A stretch of 63,973 bases of DNA, the filler included. It is 12 parts of 12 records of this genome, joined end to end, with 100 filler letters (N's around TTAATTAATTAA, not from the genome) between each part and the next. Parts side by side here need not be neighbours in the genome. Positions count along the whole stretch, not along the records: positions 23,015 to 26,496 come from SRR15195285_2196; positions 26,597 to 34,953 come from SRR15195285_2197; positions 35,054 to 40,582 come from SRR15195285_2201; 9 more parts are not named here. The stretch is one strand, 5' to 3'. Below are positions 22,915 through 35,325 of this stretch, one piece after another; the stretch's first letter is position 1; every line of letters begins with the position of its first letter. The position numbers were made by a program, and so were the translations under genes. Under the pieces are notes generated by a model. The model saw only the letters and a program-made list of their open reading frames with translations. It was not told the DNA's origin and searched no databases.

Positions 22915-23893
22915 NNNNNNNNNNNNNNNNNNNNNNNNNNNNNNNNNNNNNNNNNNNNTTAATTAATTAANNNNNNNNNNNNNNNNNNNNNNNNNNNNNN
23001 NNNNNNNNNNNNNNCTCCTTTTGCCGTCATTTGAGACTCCACGCCCCCACCCCTTGACGTATGATCAGCCATGCTTCGGTCCGGTATTCAGTAAGTGGGA
23101 TAAAGAATGGCGAGGCTTCGGCCCAGGGCCGACTTACATCACGGACTTGCCAATGCCACCCATCCTATGGGAAGGCGCGGCGCGCCTGTCTAGGTGATAG
23201 GCAGGCGTCAGGTTCAGGGCGCGATGGTTGGCGCAACGAGAACTGTACAGTATGTACCCGCACGCTCACGGCAAACATACACCCAATGCTAGTGTGCAGG
23301 CCATGTGATATGAGCGCCTTGCAATGAGCGCCTGGGTTGAGCATGCCACTTGAACGGCGTGTGGTGGCCCCCGCATGGGGTCGCCGCACACCGTTCTGCG
23401 CCGTACAGCCGCACGTGTACAGCCGTCGCGGCGGGGAAGGCAGGGGCGCGCGGGGGGGGGGCGATAACGCACCGGCAGCGTTACGTGGGAAGGTACGCGG
23501 GATGCTATTCCTACCGCCAAAAGCACTGAGGCAGCTGCAGAACTGAGTCATGACTCAATGCATTCAAAAAATAGATCCAAATCATGGACACTGCATGCAT
23601 TCGCGGCCGTTGGGTAGGAATTCCTACCAGTAGGGGTGGGACTGAGCGCGGCGCCCCGCGCGCGGGTGTCATGACCACGGAGGGCGTCCGTCCCGCGCCG
23701 CCGCGCCCGCGCCGCGCCGGTCGCGTCGATCCCGCGGTACGCCCCCTTGTGGCGTTGGCAATCTCGGCGCTGCTTTGTTCGTCCTACATGTACGCACCAG
23801 CACACCGCGGAGCACCCTACGATTGGTCTAGCTGCGTGTGTGAGGCGCCATTGCGATCTGACTCATCTGACGGGCACGTACTGCTGATAGTTG

Positions 23894-25617
23894 ATGAGTT
23901 GCGCAGCGAAGAGCGAACGGCGGGTGTTCGATAGCGTGGTGAGTGCAGCTTCACTCGAGCGCGAGGGCTTGCGTACGAAAGATGAAGAAGTGTCCCAGCC
24001 AGGAGAGCTTAGTGTCGACACTGCTGCGCTAACGCACGGTACGTTGCCTGGCCAGTGTGTGTACCTCGATTGTGGTTTGTGGAGCGGCGACGCTATTCCA
24101 CCCAGAAACAGGGACGAAAGACTGACAGTGCCGCTGTTGCAGAATCTCGAGAATCGTCCTGGCCGGCCCAACTGAACGCGCAGAAAGCCAATATCCTGGG
24201 TTTACCACCTGATTTTCCTGGCTGCGAGCGGCCTCCTACCTACAGGGCCGTTGAGGAGCTCAAGGTACTCCCGCAACCAATCCAGGTGCAGACTGAGGTC
24301 CACATCGACCACGTTTCAAACATTAACACGGTCGACGCCTCCGCCTTCATTGGGGCTTATGTACACCTGTTTTGGACAGACGAGAGACTTAAAGATTGGC
24401 CTCTCGCCAAGCCCCTGCCCGCTACTCTCTGGTGTCCACTTCTGGTACTGGACAATCGGCTACGGCAAATGGAGAGCCATACGTATACATACCTGCTTCA
24501 TCGGGACACAGGAGAAGTCATTCGCACGATTCACTTCGTTGGCGAAATTCGCAACCATATGGAATTGAAGGATTTCCCCTTTGACACCGAGGACATCAAG
24601 CTTGAGTTCTCCACTAAGTCGAACTGGAGCAGCTACTCCGAGGAGATCCACGGACTCGAACGAGATGATCGTGTGTACACGTTGGTCTCTCGCAAACCCT
24701 CGAAGCGCAAGTGGGTACGCCTCTCAGGGGAGTGGTACAAGGGCAAAGAAGGGAGAGTTGACGAGTGGAGTGTACTTGGCGTCGAAGCTTCGATATGCAA
24801 ACCGTCTCTGATGCCGCTGCTTACACCGCATCCGAAAGGACAAAAGCCCCAGTTGCCTGACACTGCTCTTGATACAGCCACGAATCCCTCGAGGATTCCT
24901 TCGAATTATACCTCCTTGACTGTAACAATCGAAGTCTCGCGCAAGTGGAAATACTACCTCTTGGAAGTGCTTGCTCCGCTCTACATGCTGACTTTTCTCT
25001 CGACGATCAGCACTTTCTCTATGGACGTGGATGATCTTCCTGCTCGGAGCTCCTGCGTGGCCACTTACTTCGTAGCCGCTACTGCGATGCTCTACGTTGT
25101 CGGTCAAATGCTACCAAAAACTGACTTCAGAACTGCGATCGACCATGTCATCTTCTTGACCATCTCCTCGCTGGTAGTTGCAGGTGCAGCTTCTGTGGTG
25201 CTCAAAATGTTCGTATTGCAGACGTATGGACTGGAGGAAGCTGAGCGCTGGAACATACGTGCCGCGGTTTGGATCATTTTGTGGAACGTTGTAGGCAACA
25301 TTGCCCGGTTGGTACCTCCGCATAGACGCCAAAAAGAGTACACGAAGGACAAGCAGAAAACACCCACAGAGCCCCAAGCGGATGGGGTGCACTACTGGCC
25401 GCTACAGCGCTACCAGCAACAAGAAAAAGAGCTGATCACTGGGGCCCAAAACAACGATCCACAAGGCGGCAGATCAGACTGCATGAAATCACATGAATGC
25501 ATTGCGGCGTGTGTGCTCGTAGTTTCGGGTTTTCTCACGTGGCCGCTCAGTTGGGTCTTCATCTACTTGCAGATAAAACTAGAGGAGTCGTCGTATGGTA
25601 GCTCAGCTAGTATGTAA
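23894..25617 (+). CDS. Cys-less (Pro-loop) pentameric ligand-gated ion channel
   Basis: LFWTDERL, LWCPLLVLDN and MELKDFPFDTEDIKLEF (Pro-loop without the Cys pair), then four TM helices after RKWKYYLL. A phase-1 intron 24039-24142 joins ATG 23894 in frame. Confidence 0.85.
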
Positions 25618-26986
25618 TGCACGTTGTCAGTCACACTGAGCCCGCCATTCGGTTTACTAGCACATGTACTACGTGTGAGTGTCAGTAAAGCGTAATTGTA
25701 TTGCCCATGTATGCCCTCCCAGAGGGCTATTATGCTACATGTACGCAGGCAGACAGGCAGACAGCGCCACGGGACTCCGTACACACTAGGGAGGTTCAAC
25801 AGACTTCATCGGACCACAGGGGAGGCTCACGACCCGGACGACCGCAAGGGGGGCTAAATAAAAGAGTCTCACGCTGCGGTGCGCGAGCGAACGACGCAGC
25901 GAGGCAGCTTGAGAGTGCCTGAGTGCGACTACTACTCGTTGCTACGTTAGAGAACGTATACACTACAGTATATCCATGTGTATCGCAGTGAGAGCAGGTG
26001 GTCACAGCAGGCCTTCGCACATATGGTATCACAGTCCATTCATGAACTACAATAATCACCGTCGTGTCTGGCGAGCCGGAGCTGCCTCGTAAAATGCCTT
26101 CAGTATCTCAGCCACCGTGCATTTTTGACCTGCTTGAGGATTCCAAGGGACATTGACGGCCTTGAAAGTTGATGGGTCCGCCTCTCGTTGTTCTCAAGAC
26201 GAAGGATGTGGCTGCTCTTCGCCGCGCTGCATGCTCGCAGTGTGGACCTAAGCACAGCAGTCAAACTATGCTGGATTAAGTTGGTCACTCGACGGAATTC
26301 TGGAATTCTCAGAACCCACTCCGTGTCCGACATTAGAAATCTGGATCCTTCCGACGCTGGACACCACCGGCAGCGACTTGCCGCCTGGACTAGCCGCATC
26401 CCCCGGGCAATCGTCGGACGCCGTTCCGGCTGGATCGGCGCCGCATGGGCTGAGCATCACAGTCAAGATTCCAGTCAGACCCGAACCGAGAATCACNNNN
26501 NNNNNNNNNNNNNNNNNNNNNNNNNNNNNNNNNNNNNNNNTTAATTAATTAANNNNNNNNNNNNNNNNNNNNNNNNNNNNNNNNNNNNNNNNNNNNAATA
26601 CAGATCCGATTGGCTCTCACATTATATTCGAATACCATCGTTCTACATGTACGTAGGATTCCGCACTGTCCGGGATCTATTTTTTAAAAAAAATAGAGCA
26701 TTCTTTTGACTCTGCTGGCCAAGGGGTTGCATTCTGATGACCCAGCCTGGAGCCTGAGCCTCATGCTCAGCCTGTGACCAACATGAACATCCAACTACCG
26801 AATTGAGGAATTACTGGCGGCGGACGTTCCGCAGGTACGCGGGCGCCTCGACGCCCTGCTGCCCTTCGGCAAGTACCCTGCACTAATAGCTGTGGAGCGC
26901 TCTGAAGGCCGTGGGATCGACCTCGTGTGCGTTTTGTGTGCTGTGTTCTGTGTGGGTGGGTGGTTTGGGTTTAGGGTCACCCCGGC

Positions 26987-29900
26987 ATGGCGTCGCTTCG
27001 AGGGTCAGTCCGGGCAGTCCAGCTCGCAGGGCGGCAGTCGATGCTGCGGCAGTCCAACGCCCAGGAGGCGGTGACGCACGCGACGATTCTCGAGCAGTAT
27101 GGGGAGGCGCGACACGCGGGGATTCTACACAAGAAGGGGAAGGTCAACAAGTCATTCGCAGGGCGGTGGTGCGAGCTGCGGGAGACGGACGAGGGCGCTC
27201 AGATCGACTACTTCAAGAAGAAGGAAGGCGTGTGGAAGGGCTCCATCGTCTTCGACGGTGATGTGGAAGCTGCTGCAATCGAGGACGAAGGGCTGCCCGC
27301 ACACTGCTTCGCCATAAGTACCAAGAAGCGGGTGTACATACTGCAGGCGTCGAGCGACGAGGAAGTTGCGTTGTGGCTCGAGGAGATCAATGCCGTGGTG
27401 AGTGCAGTTAGGGAGCTGACCAACGCCAGACCAGCCGCCGACGACGACGCCAGCGCCGCCCTGGCTGCTGCGCCGTCGCCGGCACGTGGAGAGAGGGAGG
27501 AGCAAGAGCTGCCGCCGGAAAGGGAGCTTTGGGCTGGCGGAAAGACGGCGCAGCTTGGCTGGGAGTCGTACGAGTCAGTGCGCGCGGAGCTCGAAAGCGC
27601 ACGCGAGGATCGTCGGCTGCTGCTCAAGCACACTATCGAGCAGGCTCGACTTATGGATCAGGTCCGGAAGGTTGTACTCCGCATGACGAAGGACGAAGAC
27701 AGTGAGGAGTTGATGTCTGGAGCTGCGCATTTGATGCATTTGTGTGCGGTGGACCCCGACGCAGCAGAAATCAAGCCGAGCGTATTGCTGCCTGCTCAGG
27801 ACGGTGACGAGCTGGATCCGAACTTCGACAACGTCGCTGTCGAATCGCTGCTGCTCAATTTAAGTAGCAGTCCGCCCGTGCAGTGCAACCTTGACGACGA
27901 CCAGAAGTTCGGGAATAGGCCTTTAGAGGGCATTGGACGTTTGCCTTCGATCCACAAGTCCATAGCGACGGACGAGCTTGCGTGTAGTGACGGCGAAGAA
28001 GACGACCAGCTTGCCAGTCTGTGCACTGTACCAGAGTTTCGACAAGCGTTCTCGGAAGAGCAGATGCTGCTGGCTGGGTATGAAGCGCTTCTATGCTGCA
28101 CTGTTGTCAAGCCCCCGGATTTTGCGCAGCGTTTGACGGACGAGGCGTCGGCGCAACAACGGTTCGAAGAAGCGGGGCAAGAGGTGCTGGCAGCAGAACA
28201 AAGCCTGGCCGAGCTGAGTGCCGCAGATAAACCGGACAATGAGGCAATTGCCGACGCTGCTCAGGAGTTGGAGAGGAAGAAAGAGGCAGTACAAGCGGCT
28301 TCGGGTGCTGGTGCTGACACGGTGTCAGCTGAGGTGCTAGTTGCTCGGGACTATGTAGAGACAGTTCTGAAGCCGCAGTTCTCGCTCACGTCGCGCGCAC
28401 ACGGTGAGCTGGTGCAGGCGCTGTCTGTCTGCAGTGAGGACAATGACGAGGAGTGCGCTGCATCACTTGTCGGTGTTGGTGTGCCGAAAGCTCACCTGGC
28501 GCCGTTCAACGTCCTGCAGTGGCGGTGGCGTTGCGTCCGATTTCGTCGGCCGCCTGCAGACCTGGTCAATGGTGATGAGATATTCCGTAGTTTCAAGGCA
28601 TTTCGATCGTGGGTCGTACGCCAGCTGGCCATGGTCTTGTCAGGCTTACTTCTGCACTTGCAAACGCACGACGATCATGCATGGGAAGCACTTGACGGAA
28701 TGCAAATAGATGCCCCTACCGGCTCAGCTAGCACAGCTTCACAAGCGTTCAGCAGCGAAGACATGGTGTCTATGCTTGTTGCTACTGCACGGCTGATTAC
28801 AAGGAAGCTGGACTACGCGTCGGAATTCAGTCTTGATGATTACGATCGGGCCGTCGAGAAGATGTCGGCACTCATCATGACAGTACTAGCGCAGAAACCA
28901 GAAGGTGGTGCAGCGGATGCTGACCTAGACCCGTGGACGTCATTTCTACCGCTCAACTGCATGCTGTACGAGAAGCTCCTGAGCGTCTGTATGTCTTTCA
29001 ATCGTAGGGATAACGTTGCAGCAGAAGGAGGGGATGACTTGCTCTTGGAAGACGATGAGGGAGATGCCACTGATGTCAACTCTGCAGTTGTGAACTGCCT
29101 GAAGCAAACTTGGCAACCGCTTCGCCTGAGTCGGGCTTACCACGCAACCCTGGTTGTCAAGAACGCTCTAAATGCCTTCCGAAAGCAACCCGGAAAAGAC
29201 GTGCTAGTCCTTCTGCTGGATTCAGTTCCTGACCTGAAACCCATCGCTCTTGGAGCCAAGGGCTACACAACTGACGAGGTGGAAACCACACGAGCTGCTT
29301 TCAGAGAGCTCAAGATATATTGCCGATCACAGCTGAGTGATCTTTTCAGACACTTTGACTTGGAACAGACAGAAGAAGTCACAGTGTTATCGCAGCTGTA
29401 TTTCCACACTACAATAGTGCCAGACGCTGGGGAAAGTTGGGGCGATACAGCTCTTGATCCGGTTTTAGCCCTCACTGAAGCCATCCAGGAAAGTGTCAAG
29501 GCATACTATGCCCGATGCAAGGAGGAGGCTGAGAACGATAGTGATGATGAGTACGAAGAAGATGAGGAAAGCAAATTCATCAAACTGAGTCTACTTGCAG
29601 AGAAACTGGATGATGATCTCGACCAGCGGATATTCTCGACACTGGCTCGGTGCGTTAAAATTCCACACGTAGAAGGGGAGGAGGCTGCTGCGCCGCTACA
29701 CGACGACGATGCGTACCGACCACGCACAGACATGGACCCTGCAAGGGATTCTCTCGATATTGCCCTACAACAGCTGATACAGAATGCTCGGATCGACTGT
29801 GCTGGTGTCATCGCTAGTGCCCATGTCGACAGAAGCATGGCACCATGCATGCTGGCAATGTCACGGCTGGATGAGCGGCTTGTCGAACTGAGGCAGGACA

Positions 29901-32439
29901 CATGGCTAGGAGAGCAGGAACTGCACGATGGTGTCGACCCGCCTCAGTCGCTGCTACGACTAGATGCGCTGACTGCCCCAGTTGTTGGGCCGTGGCTTGA
30001 GGAGCAGAAGGAGGACTGGAGCGAATGGGTCACACGATCTCTCAAAACTGAGAAGTGGATACCAGCGGAAAATGGTGACAAGGTGCGTGCATAGAGCACG
30101 TGGACAGTAAGACAAATTTCCTGTTTCCCCAAGCGCTCATTTTATGATTGTGGAACGTGCCTTTGTCTTCAGGTGGATGGAGTCCCGGTGGCCTCCAGTG
30201 CGGTAGACATGTACAGTATTGTAACTTCAGCAATGATGAACTTCGAGGACTCAGGAATGCATGGTGCTACAAGCGCCAAACTACGAGAACAGTTCGCCAC
30301 TGCGATTGTCAACACCATGGAGGCATATGTGAACGAAATTGAGAAGAGTCTAGGCCACATGCCACGGCTTGAGGGCAGCTCAAGGGGCAAGCCCGTCGCG
30401 CCTGGCAGGATCAAGCTCGATAAGAAGCTTCCAAAAAAGCCGCGCGAGGAAACCACATTCACTGGCACGATCGAAGTATACCTTCGTACAGTCACATTAG
30501 ATGAGGTGATCGTGCGGCTCAATAGTCTGCATTATGTTCAGAAGCACGTGTTGGAGTCGTCTGAGTCCAGAAAAACAGAGCGAGAACGAAAGGATGCCCA
30601 ACAGGCCGAAAGCCCGCAAGCATTATCATCGGGTGTACGCAGGCGAGGCAGATATTCGATGGCGCCACCAGTGAAGCAAAAGCCAGTGTTTCGGGAGTTT
30701 GTCACGAAAGACGGCGCAGAAAAGGAACTGGGCCTGCTGACGGCGACGCTGGAGCAAGCCCTCCGCAGTGTTCGTGAGTATCTTTCTGCAAAGGTTGTGC
30801 TGTACGACCAACGCCAAAAGATCCTAGATGGGCTTTACATGGGATACCCAGCAAATGCCAACAAGCAAAGCCCAGGGATGGAACTTGACATGAACGATTT
30901 AGACGACCTCATGAGTACAATTATGTCGAACGTAGTGGAGGGTCAGCGCGACAGCACGTGCATGGAGCTTTACCGTAGATTCTTGGAGTCGCTCGAGCAT
31001 GTGGTCCTTTCGCATGATGAATACCGGATATATAACCAGAACTTGCCGTTTCAGGTAAACGCGGACATCGACAAACTGATGGAGTTTTTCCACTGTGATG
31101 GTGATGGTTTGTTGATGGAGGACCTGCAGCAGATGAAGATGGACCTTGATGCAATTCTCACCTTGTGCAGTTGGGCCTCAGAGACCCTTGCAGAAAAGTA
31201 TGTCGAGTTCCGGAAAGAAGAAGACGAACTAGGCTCGTTCAACAGTCGCGGCGGGATGGGAATGTATCATCTGCGCAGGTCTGACGCGATTGCTCTCATA
31301 TTGTCGCATCGGCGCGATGATGCGGCGGTGCAGTTCTTCAAAAAGACCATAGCCGAGGTCAAGAAGGGGACCAAAAAGATGAAAAAGGGCACGGGTGGAG
31401 TTGGATTAGAGGACCAGGCGAAAATCGAACAAATCGACGCGGCTAACAAGAGTAAGTGTCGTCGCAGCCAGCGCGCCATAATTGTGTCCTGTGAACAAAG
31501 CTGGCTTCTACTCGAACCAGCTGTCAACTTGACCTCTTGGGTTGGTCACTGCCTTCTGTTGTCTGTTGGATGGCAACTGCAGCTTTGACAGACCTGCAGA
31601 ATCCGATCAAAGCGGGCTGGATGTACAAAGAGGGCCATCGGCGCAAGACTTTCAAGAAGCGATATTTTGTGGTTTGGCCAAAAAACTTTCGCGAAATGGA
31701 TCCCCCATTGGATGCTCCAGTGCTGTTTTACTACGACAGTGATAAAGATGGAGAGGTGCGCGCAAAATTGTATTGATCTCGTCGAACGTTGTTGCATGCG
31801 AGTGTTGCCTGGCGCGCTTCCCACATTCGTACCATGTACACGCCTCAATTCCGGATGTATTTTACTGCTTTGCGCTTTTGCAGAAGCCAAAAGGCATAGT
31901 CTCCTTAGCGAATCTCAAGTGCCGACTCCCAAAATCTGAGCGCAAAATCAAGGACGACGACGGCAACGAGATCGGCAACTGCGCCTTCCGCGCTGATATC
32001 GACGGCGCTCCTGAGGGTCACAATAAGTTCATTTTCGCCACAGAGACAGCGGAAGACCTCATTCGTACGTTCATGCCAGTTTGCTTCTTGCTGATGTCGC
32101 TGCAGCTGGTTCGTCAGTTCGGCTTTCGCGATAAACAAGTCCACGGATGTTGTGGGAAGTGGTGTGGCTGATTGGACACGTCGCGTGCGTGCTTGTGCTG
32201 TCATGTTCTCAGCGTGGATGGAGGTGCTCGAGTCCGCGTCTTTGCACGAAGGCGCGCTAGGTAAACAGCTGCGCGACCGTCGTAAGACTGGTGTTGGTCG
32301 GCGTAGGGAGTCAGTGGTGGCACAGGGCGGAGTACCCTTGAACGAGGGTACTCCGCCGCCATCCGAGCGCATGGGTGACGTAGATCATGCCCAGCTCGCA
32401 CAGCTGGCAGCTTTAGAAGAGGAGGATGACGAGAGCTGA
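26987..32439 (+). CDS. Multi-exon PH + Munc13-homology (PATROL1/DUF810-like) + PH protein
   Basis: N-terminal PH (GILHKKG...RVYILQAS...WLEEIN). MHD-like WVTRSLKTEKW, ASSAVDMY, VRLNSLHYV and KVVLYDQR. C-terminal PH split over exons (AGWMYKEG...KKRYFV...WMEVL). Confidence 0.7.
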
Positions 32440-33328
32440 CAACAGAGACGACTGCTTCGCCTGCATCATATCTAGTTGGACATACACTGAAGCAACTTTG
32501 GACACTCCCACTAGTGGCGCAGGTGCCGGCTTAACATCATGCAAAATGTTTTCGCACGTGGCAACATTGCAATGCCCGTCGTGCTGACCATGCATGTACA
32601 CAAGCAAGCACAAAACAACCCGCCAGCCGCATAAAACTCAATTGCGGCGTACAGCTGTACTGTACTGATGATGTCCGATTCAACTCGGACTTCGGGACGA
32701 GAGTAGCGCGGCATGGGGGGCTTTGTGTTCAGCAATAAAAAGATAGGGAGTCCAATCGTACTGTCCAGTACACACTGCCAGCGAGACTCTCCGGCCGGCT
32801 GGAGCAGCACTGGGATGCAGCAGCGCTGCTGGACGTGACGCCGACTGTCACATTTGATGCTAGCAGCTCGCCGTCCAGCCACAGCTCACGGAGGGTAAGC
32901 TCGCCACTTAGAACCTCCTGTGCAGCCATCGTCGGTGTCCGAGGCAATGTCTTTCATTAGAAGTGTCGGCACAGGCCATATACTGAAAACAAATGCGACT
33001 TAGATGGGGACGGCGAGTAATCTATCTCGAACAGAACGAATTGAACGGCAGACTTCCGTTTCATTGCTGCAACCAAATGGAGGATGGGCTATCGCTTACG
33101 TACTCACCACGTGGCAGGTCGAAACGTCAAGGCGTGTCACTACCAAACATGGATTCTGCTTGAGGTTTTGCCAGATGGCAACATTTCGAAGCTCATGTGA
33201 AAGGATGAGTGGTCGCTGCAGCTGCCGCAACGCATGTTTGTAAGCTGGGGATAAAAGTGTGCTGCTGGTGCACCAAACTTGAATGAAATATACCTAGAGG
33301 CTACTAGCAGTCGGTGTATTGTATGTCA

Positions 33329-34711
33329 TCAGCTGACCCGGGACGTTTTGCTTGGAACGGAATGAATTTGTTTTGGTGAAGCCATGCGTCTAGGTGAGCT
33401 CGAGGGACTCCGTGAAACCCGGCGTCTTCGTGGTGTTTGTCTGGCGCTCGTCTTCCCATCCGCGGAGTTTCTGCTTGTTAACACCACGGAATTGTCGAAC
33501 GCGTTTCTGCTTTCAAGCATCCAGAATGGGGTTCGCTGTGGCTGATTTCGTAGCTCTCCCGTCTCTCTCATCCACACAAGCACGCCGCCCCCGACGTTCA
33601 TAGCAAAGAAAAGCACACCAAAGGCTGTACCGGCCGCAGAGAGCCACGGGTGTGTCCCATGCAGTCCATACGACGCCACCACTCCATGGCCAGTCATCCA
33701 GATCCGGCCCCATGCAAATGAAACCCAGAAGCCCACCAAGTTGACGCGGCTGTGCAACACTATCGTGTCAGAAGATGCCTTTTCAGAACGCAAGTGAAGT
33801 ATTGTGGCGGCCTGGTTCACATGTCTACAACAATGGTGCAAGCCCAATGGCGGCTGCGAAGTGCAACGCTGTCGCAGCTTACTATGCCATTGTTCGACGA
33901 CAGTCAGTGCCTGTGGCACGGCAGCCAAACAGCCGAAGGATAACCTGTCGACAAACGATTTGCTCACTAATGGTTTTTGTCAACGTTGATCAAAAACTTG
34001 GCAGATTGCTAGGGACAAGATTCTAGTCGTTGCGGACTTTTAAGCTTAGATTATTGTGGCACTCACACGGTTGAGCATGAACAGGGAGTTAAACTCATTC
34101 GTGTACAGCAACATGACGAGTGGTTGCGCGGCGCAATGCCCAACAGAAAATTCGCTTGCCATTAGATCGTTTCCAACCGCGCACGAAAATAATCCACCGC
34201 CGAGCAGCGCCACGTGATGAACGAGCATCCTGTTTAGCAACGATGTGACCAAGCGTCACTGAGTGTCGTTGGTTGCGGATCACTATCGAGGCATGCGCGC
34301 GCACCAGTGTGGTGGTGAGCTGCGCGCCTTGGATTGATAGGTGCGAAACAGATCTAGCGTATCGTAGCAAATATATCCGAAGCTGAAGGGGTATAGAAAG
34401 AGCATCAGTCTGAGCTTGCCGTATAGTGGATTGGCATAGAGCAGCATGAGACCGTCCTCGCGGTAGAGCATGTGGGCAACGCAGAGCCCTGTGATGACGA
34501 CGTGCACCATCGTTGTCGCATGGTTGACGAATACGCCAAGTTGTTCGATTGATCGACCTGGACTGCCGGGCCTGCCGAACAAACGGTCTGCATGGGGGTG
34601 CAGAATGGTGCGCATACCCTGGTTCAGCGACAAGAAAGTCAACAGAGATACACCAGATGCAGCGAGAGGGCAGTCGGCAGCAGCCACCACGGCATCTTCA
34701 ATCATCCCCAT
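33329..34711 (-). CDS. TLC (TRAM/LAG1/CLN8) domain membrane protein, multi-exon
   Basis: TMVH, GYICYDTLDL, MLVHH, NEFNSLFMLNR and FAWGR motifs spread over ORFs 34283-34714, 34046-34252 and 33329-33967. Confidence 0.75.
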
Positions 34712-35325
34712 CACCTGGGTGCACCTGGACAGCCGTCAGCCCTTTTGCTGTGGTGTGCTGGACGTTGCCGTTCTACCGCCACCAATCAGGCTGCGAGACA
34801 CTAGTCGTAGCAGTGTGATGATGCTAATGTGTGTATAGCCCTCCGAACGAGTGCCTGCGCGGCCGCGCGGCGGGGCCGCGGGCCCCCGGCGCGGCGCCGG
34901 GGGCGCGCCTGCGCATGCGTATACATGGGGGTGCAGCACTGAAAAGAGGCCAGNNNNNNNNNNNNNNNNNNNNNNNNNNNNNNNNNNNNNNNNNNNNTTA
35001 ATTAATTAANNNNNNNNNNNNNNNNNNNNNNNNNNNNNNNNNNNNNNNNNNNNGCAGCAATACGACTTACCGGGTTGATTGCAACCTGGGCACACATGGT
35101 TCATGTGTATTCTGTTCATATTCGATATTGTATATATCAATGGACAATAGTCAATATAGGAATCCTACATATAGTGCACGCGCTCCCGCGCCGCCGGCTA
35201 CGCTCCGTTCGCGATCACAATTAAGTAAGAATTGTGTATGCTTAGGAATTCCTACGTAAAGCGCGTGAGTGTACACAGCAGCTCCCCGCGACGCGACGAA
35301 AAAATACCGACGTACCGACACCGAT

